Shown here: positions 37,690-47,209 of the stretch, one piece after another
Layout of the letters: each line of letters begins with the position of its first letter
How positions within the stretch are numbered: the first letter of the stretch is position 1
From: an uncultured Verrucomicrobia subdivision 3 bacterium
GTDB lineage: Bacteria; Verrucomicrobiota; Verrucomicrobiia; Limisphaerales; UBA11358
Direction: 5' to 3'
Assembly (NCBI GenBank): GCA_903865745.1
Contig: CAIPKV010000070.1
Span: 99,898 to 163,897, forward strand
DNA: 64,000 nucleotides
The notes under the pieces: generated by a model
The model's database searches: none
What the model was told of the DNA's origin: nothing
Seen by the model: the letters and a program-made list of their open reading frames with translations, nothing else
Made by a program: the position numbers and the translations under genes

Positions 37690-40600
37690 TTACGGCGCGG
37701 TGAACAGATAAAACCGTTGTTGATTGGTGGCCGCGCCCGGGTCGGTAATGGTGAACGGGCTTACCGTGACCGTGCCATTGGTCAGCAACGTCCAGGTGTT
37801 GGTGACCGGCGTCAGTGCCAGGTTGGTGGTGGCCCAGAGCTTGAACGTGCCGCCAATCGCGCCGGTGGCCGTGAGCGACATGGTGCCGTTGGCGTAGCTG
37901 AAACCGCCGGCCTGGAAGTTCGGCGCGCTGGTGACGGTGCCGACCGTGACCTGCAAGTAAAGCGTGCTGCCGACGACGGCGAGGTTGCCAACGATGCCGG
38001 CAGGCAGCGAGAGCGTCATGCCATTAGTGTTGGCAGGTCCGCCCGAACCCCAGTTCATAAGCGGATAACCGTTGCCGCTGCTGACCGGCAGGCTGCTGCC
38101 CGTGATTGTGATTCCGGGTGTGGTGGTGAAGGTGGCCGCGCCGGTGACATTCAAGGGCGCAACCGTTGCGCCGGGACTACCCGAGCCAAAGTTGAATTCC
38201 AGGCCGGAGCTGACGCCGCCGTTGTTCACCGTCAGGCTGGGAATCGTCCATTGCTTCGTGTTATTCGTCACCGCGACACCGAGGGCGGACGTATTTCCAG
38301 TCGTTGCCGCCAGCGTAAAGGCGCTGTTCGAGCACGAACCGCCAGTGACACCCAACAATTTTCCAGCGGGAATGGTGGTGGTTCCATGATACGGATTGTT
38401 GCCGCCAAGCGTGAGAATATTGCTGTTGGTTTTGACCAGCTTGGTGTTGAAATGCACACCGTCGGGATTGGCGTCTTGAATAATGCCAGAGATGGTCATG
38501 TCCGCCGTTCCACCCAGGGTCAAGGTCTGGCCGGTGGCGTTGGTCTGGGTGCCATATTTGGGATTGAAGGTTGCATTGTTAAAAACGACCGCGCCGCCGC
38601 CATTGTTAAGAACCGTCTGCGCCAAATCTCCAGATGAAAGTTGTATTCCCGTAGTTGCGCCTGAACCCGCGTAAATCAAAGCCGCCGGTCCGTTGCCGGT
38701 GCTTTGCCCCATGGTCATGTAGCCACCGCTGCCCAACGCGCCAAAGTTGGTGATGATGACCGTGCCGCCGGTGTTCCAGATGCCCAGCGTGGTAAAGACG
38801 TTGCTGGCATTGTTCAGCACCAGCGTGCCGCCGCCTTGCAGCCATGGATTGGATCCGGACTTGGTGTTGATCAGCCGGCCGTTGATGGTTAAGGTGGCGC
38901 CGGCGCCAACACTTCCGAGCGATTGATATACTTGGACCAGATTCGTGAACACAATGTTTTCATTGATCACCGCCGCCGCCCCCGCCGCCACATTGAAGGT
39001 CACGGCATTGCCGTCGGCACCGATGATGATATTGGTGCCGGTGCCGTTGAGCGTGCCACCGTTGCTGCCAAAAATAATGCCAGTGTCATTACCCTGATTG
39101 TTGACGGCCATCTGCGATCCCATGTCCAGCGTGCCGCCATTGATGGTGATGGCGGCGGCGGTTGAGAGCGTGCCGTTGTTGGTGAGAGCGAGTATGCCGC
39201 CGTTGACGGTGACGGCCGCGCTGGCCAGATAGCCGTTGGTGGCCAGCAGCAAGGTGCCGCCATTGACCGTGGTGGCCCCGGTGAATAAGTTTGCTGTGGT
39301 GAGCGTCAATTTTCCCGCACCGGATTTGGTCAGCCCAGTGCTGCCCGCAATCCCACCGCTGCCGCTGAAGGTGTAGTCGGCGGTAGGATTCGTAACTGTG
39401 ACGCTCGCCGGGCTGACGGTGGTGTTGTTGGTAATCACGCCCCCGGAGCCGACGGTGTTGTTGAAGACCACCGTATCACTGCTGCCGGCGGTTTCCTGAT
39501 AATAAGTGCTGGCTGAGGTGTTGTCCTTCCAAATCAAGTTGCCGCTGTTATTGATGTCCCAGGTGCCATTGCCGCCCGCCCAGGCCAGTGGCGCGGTGGT
39601 GCCGGTGACTTTCAAATACAGCGTGCTGCCCACGATGGCCAGGCTGCCAGAGACGCGCAACGGCAGGGTCAAGGCGATGCCGTTGGTGCTGGCAAGGCCG
39701 CCCGAACCCCACGTCATCAGCGGATAACCATTGCCGCTGCTGGTCGGCAGGCTGCTGCCGGTGATGGTGATATTGGTCGGCGTGGTGGTGAACGTGGCGG
39801 CACCGATGACATTCAGCGGGGCCAGAGTCGTGCCCGGGGTCAGCGTGCCGAAATTGAACTTCAGATCGGAACGAATTCCGCCGTTATTAACGGTCAGACT
39901 GGGAATGGTCCATTGTTTGGTGATATTCGTTACCGTGACGCCGAGCACGGCCGCATTGCCGGTGGTGGCGGCCAGCGTAATCGCACTGTTGGAACAACTG
40001 CCGCCCGTTACCCCCAACAGCGTGCCCGCGTAGATCGTGGTCGGCCCGCTGTTCGTGTTGTTGCCATAAAGCGTCAGGGTGTTGCTGTTGGTCTTCACCA
40101 CGGCCGTCAAATAGGTTCCCGGCGTGTTGTCCTGAATTACTCCCGCGATCGCCATGTCACTCGTCCCGCCAAACACCAACTGCTGAGCGGACCCGGTCTG
40201 CGCCCCGCCGTATCGGAGGTTAAACGGCGACGCCGTGAAGGTCACCAGCCCGCCCCCGTTGTTATTGACATTGATGATGGCGGCGTTGCCGATAACGCTC
40301 CGGGTCGTGCTCGCCGCCGGCCCGCCATAATTGAAGGCGCAGGGACCGTTGGCAACACCTTGTCCCATCTGCGCCAAATAGGGGTAGGAACCCAGCGCGG
40401 CGAAGTTGGTCGTGATGAGGGTGCCGGAATTATAGATGATGGTGTTAAAATTGTTGGCCGCATTATTCAGCGTCAAGGCGCCGCCGCCGGTTATAAACAG
40501 TCCGCTGGAGTTGTTCAAGGCCGTGAGGCCGCCGTTGATGGTCAGCATCCCGCCGCTGCCCGCATTGACCAGATTAAAATAGCCGGAATTCGCCAAATTG

Positions 40601-42807
40601 GTAATGTTAAGGTTTTCATTGATCACGGCGCTGGCGTTGGCCGCCACGGCAAAAGCCGTGTAACTGCCGCTGGTTCCGAACATATAATTGGTGCCGGTGC
40701 CGTTGAGATTGCCACCATTGGCACCAAAGGTGATGCTCGTGGTGTTGCCCATGAAGTTCGTCGCGTTCTGTGCCCCCTTGTCCAGCGTGCCGCCGTTGAT
40801 GGTAATGGGGCAGTTGGTGGCCAGCGCGCCGCCGTTGGTGAGGACGAGCGTGCCGCCGATGACCGTCGCGCCACCGGTAAAGCTGTTAACGGTGGACAAG
40901 GCCACCGTGCCCGCGCCGGACTTGGTCAGGCCGGTGGTTCCTGCAATGGCGCCGGTGCCGCTGATGGTGTAGCTGGCCGCGGAATTGCTAACCACAACGC
41001 CAATGGGACTGACATTGGTGTTGAGCGTGACCGTGCCACCCGAGCCAACGGTGTCATCAAATTGCACGGAATCATTGCCATTTGCAGTCTGCTGATAATA
41101 AGTGCCGGCGAGATTCTGATCCTTCCAAATCAGATTGCCGCCATTATTTACGTCCCAAGTGCCATTGCCGCCGGCCCAGCGCATCGGCACGATGGAAGTG
41201 ATTTGCAAATAGAGCGTGCTGCCAACAACTGAGAGGCTGCCGCTGACGCCACGGGGCAAGGCAAGCGTCAAACCATTGGTGTCTGCCGGCCCGCTGCCAT
41301 ACCAGCTCATCAAGGGGTAACCGTCGCCGGTGGTCACGAGCAGGCTGCTGCCGGTAACGGTGATAGTCGCCGCCGTCCAAAAATTCAAATTACCTTCCAC
41401 CGTCAGCGCGGGAATGGTGGCATGGGGCGTCAGCCCGCCGAAGGCAAATTGCAGCCCCGCAGACGTGCCGCCGTTGGTCACGTCCAAGCTGCCAATATCG
41501 TAACCGAAGGTGTAGTTGGTGGTGGAGACAGAAACTCCAAAGGCGGCGGCGTTGCCAGTGGTGGACGAAACCGTCACCGGGGTTATGCCGTTACCCGTGC
41601 CGTTGCCGCTGCCCACCGTGAATTGGGCGACGCCCGAATTGACCGTCACGGTTTTGAAATTGTTTATGCTGTTGCCGGTTTTGCCGGAGATAAATGTGCC
41701 CCCATTGACCAGCAGGTCATAGTTCTCCGGATGCGTGTAAAGGTCGCTCACACGCAAGACCCCGGCTCCCTGCTTGGTGATGATCCGCGTGGCGGAATTG
41801 TCCGATTGGAGATCCCAGGCACCGGTGACGCTCAAGTCTTGCACGGCTGCCGCACTGTGCGCGATGTCAAAAATAAAATTCTGAGTTCCCCCGGCAGTCA
41901 CTCCGGCATTCTGCATGGCAAACCGAAAAACGCTCGCACCGGAACCCGTGCCATCAAATTTCACCGTTTGCGTGGATACATTGGTGGCAGCGGTAGCGCC
42001 CAGCACAAGGATTAAGGGAAGATTTACGGATCCAATTTGCACGCAGGGGTTGATTTGGTCGAGTCCGCGCGTGGCGATTGACAGCGCGTTGGTCGTGGTG
42101 GAAACCAGTGCGCCCGTATCCAGTTGAACCAGCCCGCTGGAAAGCGAATAGGCAAGCTGAAGCGCGCCTCCGGACTGGACATGGAGAAGGTTGGCTACGT
42201 TCGCGTCATATAAAACAGCATTAATGTTGGTAACCGCCAGCGTTCCGCCATTTTGGACGGTAACCGCACCATTCTGTAGTTGTATGGCATAGTTGGTTGC
42301 CAACGCAAGCACGCCCCCGGCAATGGTCACGTTGCCGGTAAAGGTATTGTTGTTGGCGAGGGTCAGCGCGCCCGGGCCAGCTTTGGTGAAGCTAGCCGTG
42401 CCAGTAAGGCTGGCGCTGATGGTCGCCATCTTGCCAGCACCCAATGCATTGACCGTGATGGTCGGCGTGGTGCCGCCCAAGGTCAAGGTGGAGGTGGCGG
42501 GCGTGCCCGGACTCAAAATCCAGCCGGCCGCAGTGTTGGTCACGGTGTCGCCAAAAATGAGAGAATTGATGCTTTGGTTCCCATCCAGCGTGACGGTCGA
42601 GTCCGCCGTGATATCCAGCGTGCTGAAATCAGCGGTGTCCGTGGCACCCGGCAGCGCGCCGGTGCTCCAAGGCGGGTTAGCGGCGGTGTTCCAACTTCCG
42701 GAGGCATCACCTCCGGAAAGCTGGTTCCAGGCGTCGGAGCCTGCCCAGGATTTTTCCGCGAGCAGCAGCCCCGTAAGGGTCAGGATTGAAACAATTATTT
42801 TTTTCAT
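37690..42807 (-). CDS. Giant surface protein P4: PATR beta-helix protein with the conserved tail and no recognisable catalytic domain
   Basis: Signal peptide MKKIIVSILTLTGLLLAEKSWA at ATG 42807. The N-terminal ~170 aa are colinear with P3. It has repeated PATR units and two copies of the shared ~280-aa cassette. The protein ends ...TNQQRFYLFTAP. Confidence 0.9.
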   Translation of the reverse strand: MKKIIVSILTLTGLLLAEKSWAGSDAWNQLSGGDASGSWNTAANPPWSTGALPGATDTADFSTLDITADSTVTLDGNQSINSLIFGDTVTNTAAGWILSPGTPATSTLTLGGTTPTITVNALGAGKMATISASLTGTASFTKAGPGALTLANNNTFTGNVTIAGGVLALATNYAIQLQNGAVTVQNGGTLAVTNINAVLYDANVANLLHVQSGGALQLAYSLSSGLVQLDTGALVSTTTNALSIATRGLDQINPCVQIGSVNLPLILVLGATAATNVSTQTVKFDGTGSGASVFRFAMQNAGVTAGGTQNFIFDIAHSAAAVQDLSVTGAWDLQSDNSATRIITKQGAGVLRVSDLYTHPENYDLLVNGGTFISGKTGNSINNFKTVTVNSGVAQFTVGSGNGTGNGITPVTVSSTTGNAAAFGVSVSTTNYTFGYDIGSLDVTNGGTSAGLQFAFGGLTPHATIPALTVEGNLNFWTAATITVTGSSLLVTTGDGYPLMSWYGSGPADTNGLTLALPRGVSGSLSVVGSTLYLQITSIVPMRWAGGNGTWDVNNGGNLIWKDQNLAGTYYQQTANGNDSVQFDDTVGSGGTVTLNTNVSPIGVVVSNSAASYTISGTGAIAGTTGLTKSGAGTVALSTVNSFTGGATVIGGTLVLTNGGALATNCPITINGGTLDKGAQNATNFMGNTTSITFGANGGNLNGTGTNYMFGTSGSYTAFAVAANASAVINENLNITNLANSGYFNLVNAGSGGMLTINGGLTALNNSSGLFITGGGALTLNNAANNFNTIIYNSGTLITTNFAALGSYPYLAQMGQGVANGPCAFNYGGPAASTTRSVIGNAAIINVNNNGGGLVTFTASPFNLRYGGAQTGSAQQLVFGGTSDMAIAGVIQDNTPGTYLTAVVKTNSNTLTLYGNNTNSGPTTIYAGTLLGVTGGSCSNSAITLAATTGNAAVLGVTVTNITKQWTIPSLTVNNGGIRSDLKFNFGTLTPGTTLAPLNVIGAATFTTTPTNITITGSSLPTSSGNGYPLMTWGSGGLASTNGIALTLPLRVSGSLAIVGSTLYLKVTGTTAPLAWAGGNGTWDINNSGNLIWKDNTSASTYYQETAGSSDTVVFNNTVGSGGVITNNTTVSPASVTVTNPTADYTFSGSGGIAGSTGLTKSGAGKLTLTTANLFTGATTVNGGTLLLATNGYLASAAVTVNGGILALTNNGTLSTAAAITINGGTLDMGSQMAVNNQGNDTGIIFGSNGGTLNGTGTNIIIGADGNAVTFNVAAGAAAVINENIVFTNLVQVYQSLGSVGAGATLTINGRLINTKSGSNPWLQGGGTLVLNNASNVFTTLGIWNTGGTVIITNFGALGSGGYMTMGQSTGNGPAALIYAGSGATTGIQLSSGDLAQTVLNNGGGAVVFNNATFNPKYGTQTNATGQTLTLGGTADMTISGIIQDANPDGVHFNTKLVKTNSNILTLGGNNPYHGTTTIPAGKLLGVTGGSCSNSAFTLAATTGNTSALGVAVTNNTKQWTIPSLTVNNGGVSSGLEFNFGSGSPGATVAPLNVTGAATFTTTPGITITGSSLPVSSGNGYPLMNWGSGGPANTNGMTLSLPAGIVGNLAVVGSTLYLQVTVGTVTSAPNFQAGGFSYANGTMSLTATGAIGGTFKLWATTNLALTPVTNTWTLLTNGTVTVSPFTITDPGAATNQQRFYLFTAP

Positions 42808-42929
42808 GGTGGTTTTATTTTTTCGTATGTCGATGGTTTGGGTTTGAGAATTTACCCGCGCCGGGGTTTTTAGTCCGGCGGGGTGGGTTGCGAAATTTGG
42901 GGGATATTGGATGGTCTGATTAATGCCAT

Positions 42930-43736
42930 TCAAGGCATGACGTAGTTGGCACTCCAGTATAAGTTGTTTAGATTCGCAAGTTTTACGACCTCCGCATGAC
43001 CGTCCACCATGACCATGGTCTCGGCACCCGGCAGCGTTGTCTGGCCGGCCAGCAGACGACGGGGTGCCTTGGCGGGACTAAAACCGCCATGCCGGGGCAC
43101 CACGCCGCGCCCCAGACTGGTGCTGCCATTTCCATTGTAAAGATCCACGGCGGATGTGGTCGGCAGCGGGGGCGTGGTAAAAAATGTATCAACCCAACAC
43201 CCGTCCATCATTATTGGCGTCTGCGTAGAATGCGGAACCCCGGCCAATTTGTGAAAATACTGCCCGGTGGTGTCCGTCGCGGCCAAATCGGCGTAAAAAA
43301 GGCCATTATAGCAGTAGCTACCCCAGAGCCCACCGCAAAACCAAGGGCGCTCGGCGGTGCCAAACCCGGCTTGTGGGTCTGTGCTGGCCGGCTTGTTGGT
43401 GTCCGTCACCGGGCACAACCGCACCTTGTCAACACTGCCCTGATAGGCAATCAGGCCTCCCATCCAGGAAACTGAAGTGGCCGTGGAATAATGCACCGGC
43501 GCCTGATCCTGATTGTCCCCGGCATACATGATATAGGCCAGGCCCATCTGCTTCAAGTTGCTGACGCATTGGATGTCGTAAGCCCGTCGCTTGGCGCTCG
43601 ACAGGGCCGGCAGCAGCATCGCCGCCAGGATCGCTATGATGGCAATAACCACGAGCAATTCGATCAAGGTGAAACCATTTTGTTTCTGCAACCCCAGAAA
43701 AAGGGGGTGGGAACGGGTTCGCTGCAATCTTTTCAT
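42930..43736 (-). CDS. Prepilin-type N-terminal cleavage/methylation domain protein (H-X9-DG / DUF1559-like pseudopilin)
   Basis: The ...[27 protein letters not shown]... class III signal begins shortly after ATG 43736. The C-terminal ...[13 protein letters not shown] resembles the DGH motif of this family. The listed ORF extends 47 codons further upstream without support. Confidence 0.8.
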   Translation of the reverse strand: MKRLQRTRSHPLFLGLQKQNGFTLIELLVVIAIIAILAAMLLPALSSAKRRAYDIQCVSNLKQMGLAYIMYAGDNQDQAPVHYSTATSVSWMGGLIAYQGSVDKVRLCPVTDTNKPASTDPQAGFGTAERPWFCGGLWGSYCYNGLFYADLAATDTTGQYFHKLAGVPHSTQTPIMMDGCWVDTFFTTPPLPTTSAVDLYNGNGSTSLGRGVVPRHGGFSPAKAPRRLLAGQTTLPGAETMVMVDGHAEVVKLANLNNLYWSANYVMP

Positions 43737-43913
43737 GTTTAAGCTGCTTTGTTTTGGCCAAATTATGGCGCAGGCGTTTGCGACTAAACTTGGCTTATTG
43801 AAAGCATTATCCCACACAACGAATTTTCCACAACGGACATATTGGGAAAAGCAATGGACATTTTGTTCCAACCGCAAGCTGTTTGGGAACCGCCGGCGAA
43901 GGCACCATGCGGT

Positions 43914-45104
43914 TCAGGCTTTCGCCGCCTGCCGCCACGCTTCGGGGCTGCATTTCTTCATTTTTCCGAAAAATCGGCAGAAGCTGCGCGCAGAAGAAAA
44001 ACCGCATCTTATCGCCACCTCATTGATGGACATGGCGCTTTCCTCCAGATGATAACAGGCCCGGCGAAGACGAATGTCATGGATCACCTGACCGGGCGGC
44101 CTTAATTTGGCATCAGCAAAGAGTTTTCCCAGCGTCCGCCGTGAATGACCAAACCGGGCGCTAAGACCTTTTACATTAACCTCGGGACTGTGAATTTGGT
44201 CATGCACATACTGGAGAATACTCGACAACTGTGAGTCGTTGGCCGCAATGATGTCGGAGCTGGCACGAACGATCACGCGCCGGGGTTGAATGATCACCGG
44301 CGCTTCCGGCAGTCCAGCTCCGGAAAGAAGTTTGCCCAGCAGGCGAGCCGCTTCATAGCCGTGCGAAAAAAGATCGTTGTCCACACTGGACAGGGGCACC
44401 TGCGCGCACTCGCAGATGATTTCCTCATTGTCCACCCCCAGCAAAGCGACCTGCTGCGGTATATTGAGATTGACCGCCCGACAGGCATCCATGATGGTCG
44501 CCCCCAGCAAATCATGCGCCGCCATCACCGCGAAGGGTGGATTTTCCTGCAATAAACGGGATGAAAGCCATTTCAATAAAAACCCAGACCCGGAAGCTTG
44601 CGGGGTTCGGTGAGGCAGGCAGAATTCACGGGCGGATGCCCGCTGTTTTATTGCCTCACGCCGAAATCCGGAAAAGCGGGCGTGGGAAATAGCATCCCGA
44701 TAACCAAAGAATAGCAGCCGTCGATAGCCGCGCTCCAAAAGATGTGTGGCTCCCATGGCTCCAATTGCTTCCTGATCCTGATAAACACAAGGCAGGCGAA
44801 TTTGCCCTTGTTCGTCCACGGCCAAGGTGACGATCGGAATCTTTTTGCGAAACAAGGGTTTAAGCTCGGGCACGCCCTGATGCAGCAGAATGAGACCATC
44901 CCAGATATTCGACTCCTGCAAATCAGGCGAATAGTCGAAAGAATCCAACACCCAACCCTGTTCCCGGCAAAAGGCCGCTACGCCTTCATGCAAATGCCGC
45001 CGATACCATTTCATGGCCAGCAAAATGCGAAATTGCTTGCCGGCGGAATTCCCGCGGGGAACGTAAATGATGGATTTTTTCCGAGGCGTATTCACGGTCG
45101 TCAA
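43914..45104 (-). CDS. AraC-family transcriptional regulator with N-terminal periplasmic-binding-protein-like sugar sensor domain (XylR-type)
   Basis: C-terminal double HTH ...IRLRRACYHLEESAMSINEVAIRCGFSSARSFCRFFGKMKKCSPEAWR. The N-terminal ~270 aa have a LacI/PBP-like layout (VALLGVDNEEIICE...). Confidence 0.8.
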   Translation of the reverse strand: MTTVNTPRKKSIIYVPRGNSAGKQFRILLAMKWYRRHLHEGVAAFCREQGWVLDSFDYSPDLQESNIWDGLILLHQGVPELKPLFRKKIPIVTLAVDEQGQIRLPCVYQDQEAIGAMGATHLLERGYRRLLFFGYRDAISHARFSGFRREAIKQRASAREFCLPHRTPQASGSGFLLKWLSSRLLQENPPFAVMAAHDLLGATIMDACRAVNLNIPQQVALLGVDNEEIICECAQVPLSSVDNDLFSHGYEAARLLGKLLSGAGLPEAPVIIQPRRVIVRASSDIIAANDSQLSSILQYVHDQIHSPEVNVKGLSARFGHSRRTLGKLFADAKLRPPGQVIHDIRLRRACYHLEESAMSINEVAIRCGFSSARSFCRFFGKMKKCSPEAWRQAAKA

Positions 45105-45250
45105 TGCCGGTTTACTTCAAGGATATTATGGGCAAGTGTCATCCATTACAATCTTCAGTCAAGTTTCCCAAATCATTGTTGCGAGATCAGATTTAGTGCA
45201 CGCGGCGGTCACCCAATATTGGAGCGCTCATTCGCGGCCTCCGCCGGGCA

Positions 45251-46324
45251 CTATTTATGGCGGGAATTTTCGGCGAGCGAATTGCCCAAGACCATAATCA
45301 ACGCGGCGATCAGGAGCAATCCAATCGATAGCCACATTTGCCTACGAGGGCGGCGGGACACCCCTCGCCATTCCCCGCTCGCAGCCCCAACCGCCTGCCC
45401 TCCCAGCATCCAAGAAATCTGCTGCAGTCCGGATCCCAAGGAAGCGCCCAGCACCCCCATGAGCAGCATGCCATGTCCGAGCAAGATCATCGCGGCACCA
45501 CCATTCAGTCCGATCACAGCCGCCAGCACAAACTCCCGACGGCTCCCGAACAGTATCCCCCAAGATTTATTCTTGGTCATCAGGAATGCCGCATACCCCA
45601 CACTCACCAATGCCCCCCCGGCCAGACCTACGGCCCAAACCGCAACGGAAGCAGCCATGTTCCCGGCTCCCTGTTGTTTGACGGCGGCCATAATTGGGCC
45701 TTGGCCATAGACAAACGACATCGTGCAACCGCAGGAAAATACCCCCGCCAGAATGGCCAGGGCGAGGGAGGCGGCGAAGCCACCCGAACGCGAGGCAGAT
45801 AGGGCCACTTGCTCACGCCGCGAGCCGGCCCAGCACGCCAAGATAATCGCCAAAACGGCAACCAATGCCCCGGTCAGCAAGGCCAGCCCTGCGGGCGAAA
45901 GGAGTGCCGGCGCGTCATGGAACTGACCTGAACCTTTCACTAACAATGGCACGGCCACGCCTAGACAAACCCCGAGTCCGCTCAAAATTGCCGTAGTCAA
46001 CCCCATGCCGATCCGGACATAACATTGGCCGCACAGAATATTGGCCACCCCCCACGCCGTCGCCCACAGGTTGGCTAGCACATAACTATGCAGAGGAACG
46101 GCCAAGAGGGCGGTGAGGAGATGGGGGCAATAAATGACCGTAGCGGCCCAAGGGATAAGGATCAGGGCGAACAGCATACCGACGAACCACCAGTGTTCAA
46201 ACTGGTATCGTCGCATTAGCTTCATTGGCCAAGCCGCGCTCCCGCTCATAAGGCCGGCCACAATTACAAGCATCGCTCCCGTATTTAGCGACATAGCTTT
46301 TTGCCAAGGCTGGTTCGTGTCCAA
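45251..46324 (-). CDS. RhaT-family sugar:proton symporter (L-rhamnose transporter-like)
   Basis: About 10 TM segments. The N-terminus ...AGLMSGSAAWPMKLMRRYQFEHWWFVGMLFALILIPWA parallels the E. coli RhaT N-terminal pattern (P.K....W.WE..W......PW). Size ~350 aa. Confidence 0.65.
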   Translation of the reverse strand: MDTNQPWQKAMSLNTGAMLVIVAGLMSGSAAWPMKLMRRYQFEHWWFVGMLFALILIPWAATVIYCPHLLTALLAVPLHSYVLANLWATAWGVANILCGQCYVRIGMGLTTAILSGLGVCLGVAVPLLVKGSGQFHDAPALLSPAGLALLTGALVAVLAIILACWAGSRREQVALSASRSGGFAASLALAILAGVFSCGCTMSFVYGQGPIMAAVKQQGAGNMAASVAVWAVGLAGGALVSVGYAAFLMTKNKSWGILFGSRREFVLAAVIGLNGGAAMILLGHGMLLMGVLGASLGSGLQQISWMLGGQAVGAASGEWRGVSRRPRRQMWLSIGLLLIAALIMVLGNSLAENSRHK

Positions 46325-47209
46325 AACGCCGGAGGTCCGGGCGAAGCGCCATCGGCGGAGCCATGCGCTGGCAGCGGCATACCCATGAACGCCAGTGGAT
46401 CGGCGAGGCTGACCGCTTGGCTAAGCAATTGGCTTTGCACTGGCAAGGAGAAACAAGAATTCCATCGGTGAGTCAATCCCCAAGTAAAGGCATCGAACTG
46501 ACCGCACTTTTCAACCGCCGTTTACGGAACCGTAGGTTCGGCTTTCGATTTTACTTCTCATATCGAACGATCACTGTGACCACTTCATCTCGCGCGTGTA
46601 ATTACCAACACACCACTCTGACGCTTAATGCGGGCTTGGAGAAAACATGAAATCAACGAGTAGAATTCCCGCCAGCGCCCGCCAATGATCGTCGTTGGGG
46701 CCAAGAATCCACTCCCGAACAAATTTGCCTTGGCAATCATAAATTGGCGGCGTTTTTACCCCGATTGACAGTGGGGTAATTTTGAGGCAAATCGGAAACT
46801 AAAAATGTCACAAATCTGTAACAACGACGCGGGGATTTGCGGCGACAGCAGAACGTGTAAAACCAATAAGTAGCAGGGCTTGCAGGGTCATTTCCCGCAA
46901 TGGTGACGGGCATCGGCGCGTGGCCAAACGATGAACAGCCTTTCTTTTCGATGCCGGCAAACGTCAAAACTTTTTTGAAATTTTTTCGAGCCGGTAAATG
47001 CGCGGGGAAATCGGTGAAGATGTCATCACTCAATATGCGGGCGCGATATTTCTCAGTAAGCTGATAAGTGCGACTTGTCGCCAGAGCACTCCAAGCGGAG
47101 GCTTTGAAACTTTTACCGGGCCGGTTCTGATGGACCGCACCGAGAAACCTTAAATCAGAGAGGACAGGCCCGCTGGCGTCACAGGGACGGGGCGGCAAAG
47201 AGGACAGCG

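Noticed and set aside
21405-42847. Dozens of 60-440-aa ORFs in other frames or on the plus strand inside the four giant genes (e.g. 24223-24729, 34738-35373, 38072-38389, 39913-41232, 42293-42847).
   Set aside because: They are shadow ORFs of GC-rich, repeat-rich coding DNA, with Arg/Pro/Ala/Gly-rich translations and no motifs. Their apparent 'conservation' between loci simply reflects nucleotide identity of the real minus-strand cassettes.
20905-42933. A possible CRISPR array or other non-coding tandem array, suggested by the strong periodic repetition in this region.
   Set aside because: The repeats are long, imperfect and in frame (PATR protein repeats of ~30 aa and larger cassettes). There are no short identical direct repeats with unique spacers, and no cas genes in the window.
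46805-46873. 22-codon Cys-rich mini-ORF (MSQICNNDAGICGDSRTCKTNK) in the junction region.
   Set aside because: It is too short, has no convincing RBS and cannot be tested for conservation here. It is noted only as a curiosity.
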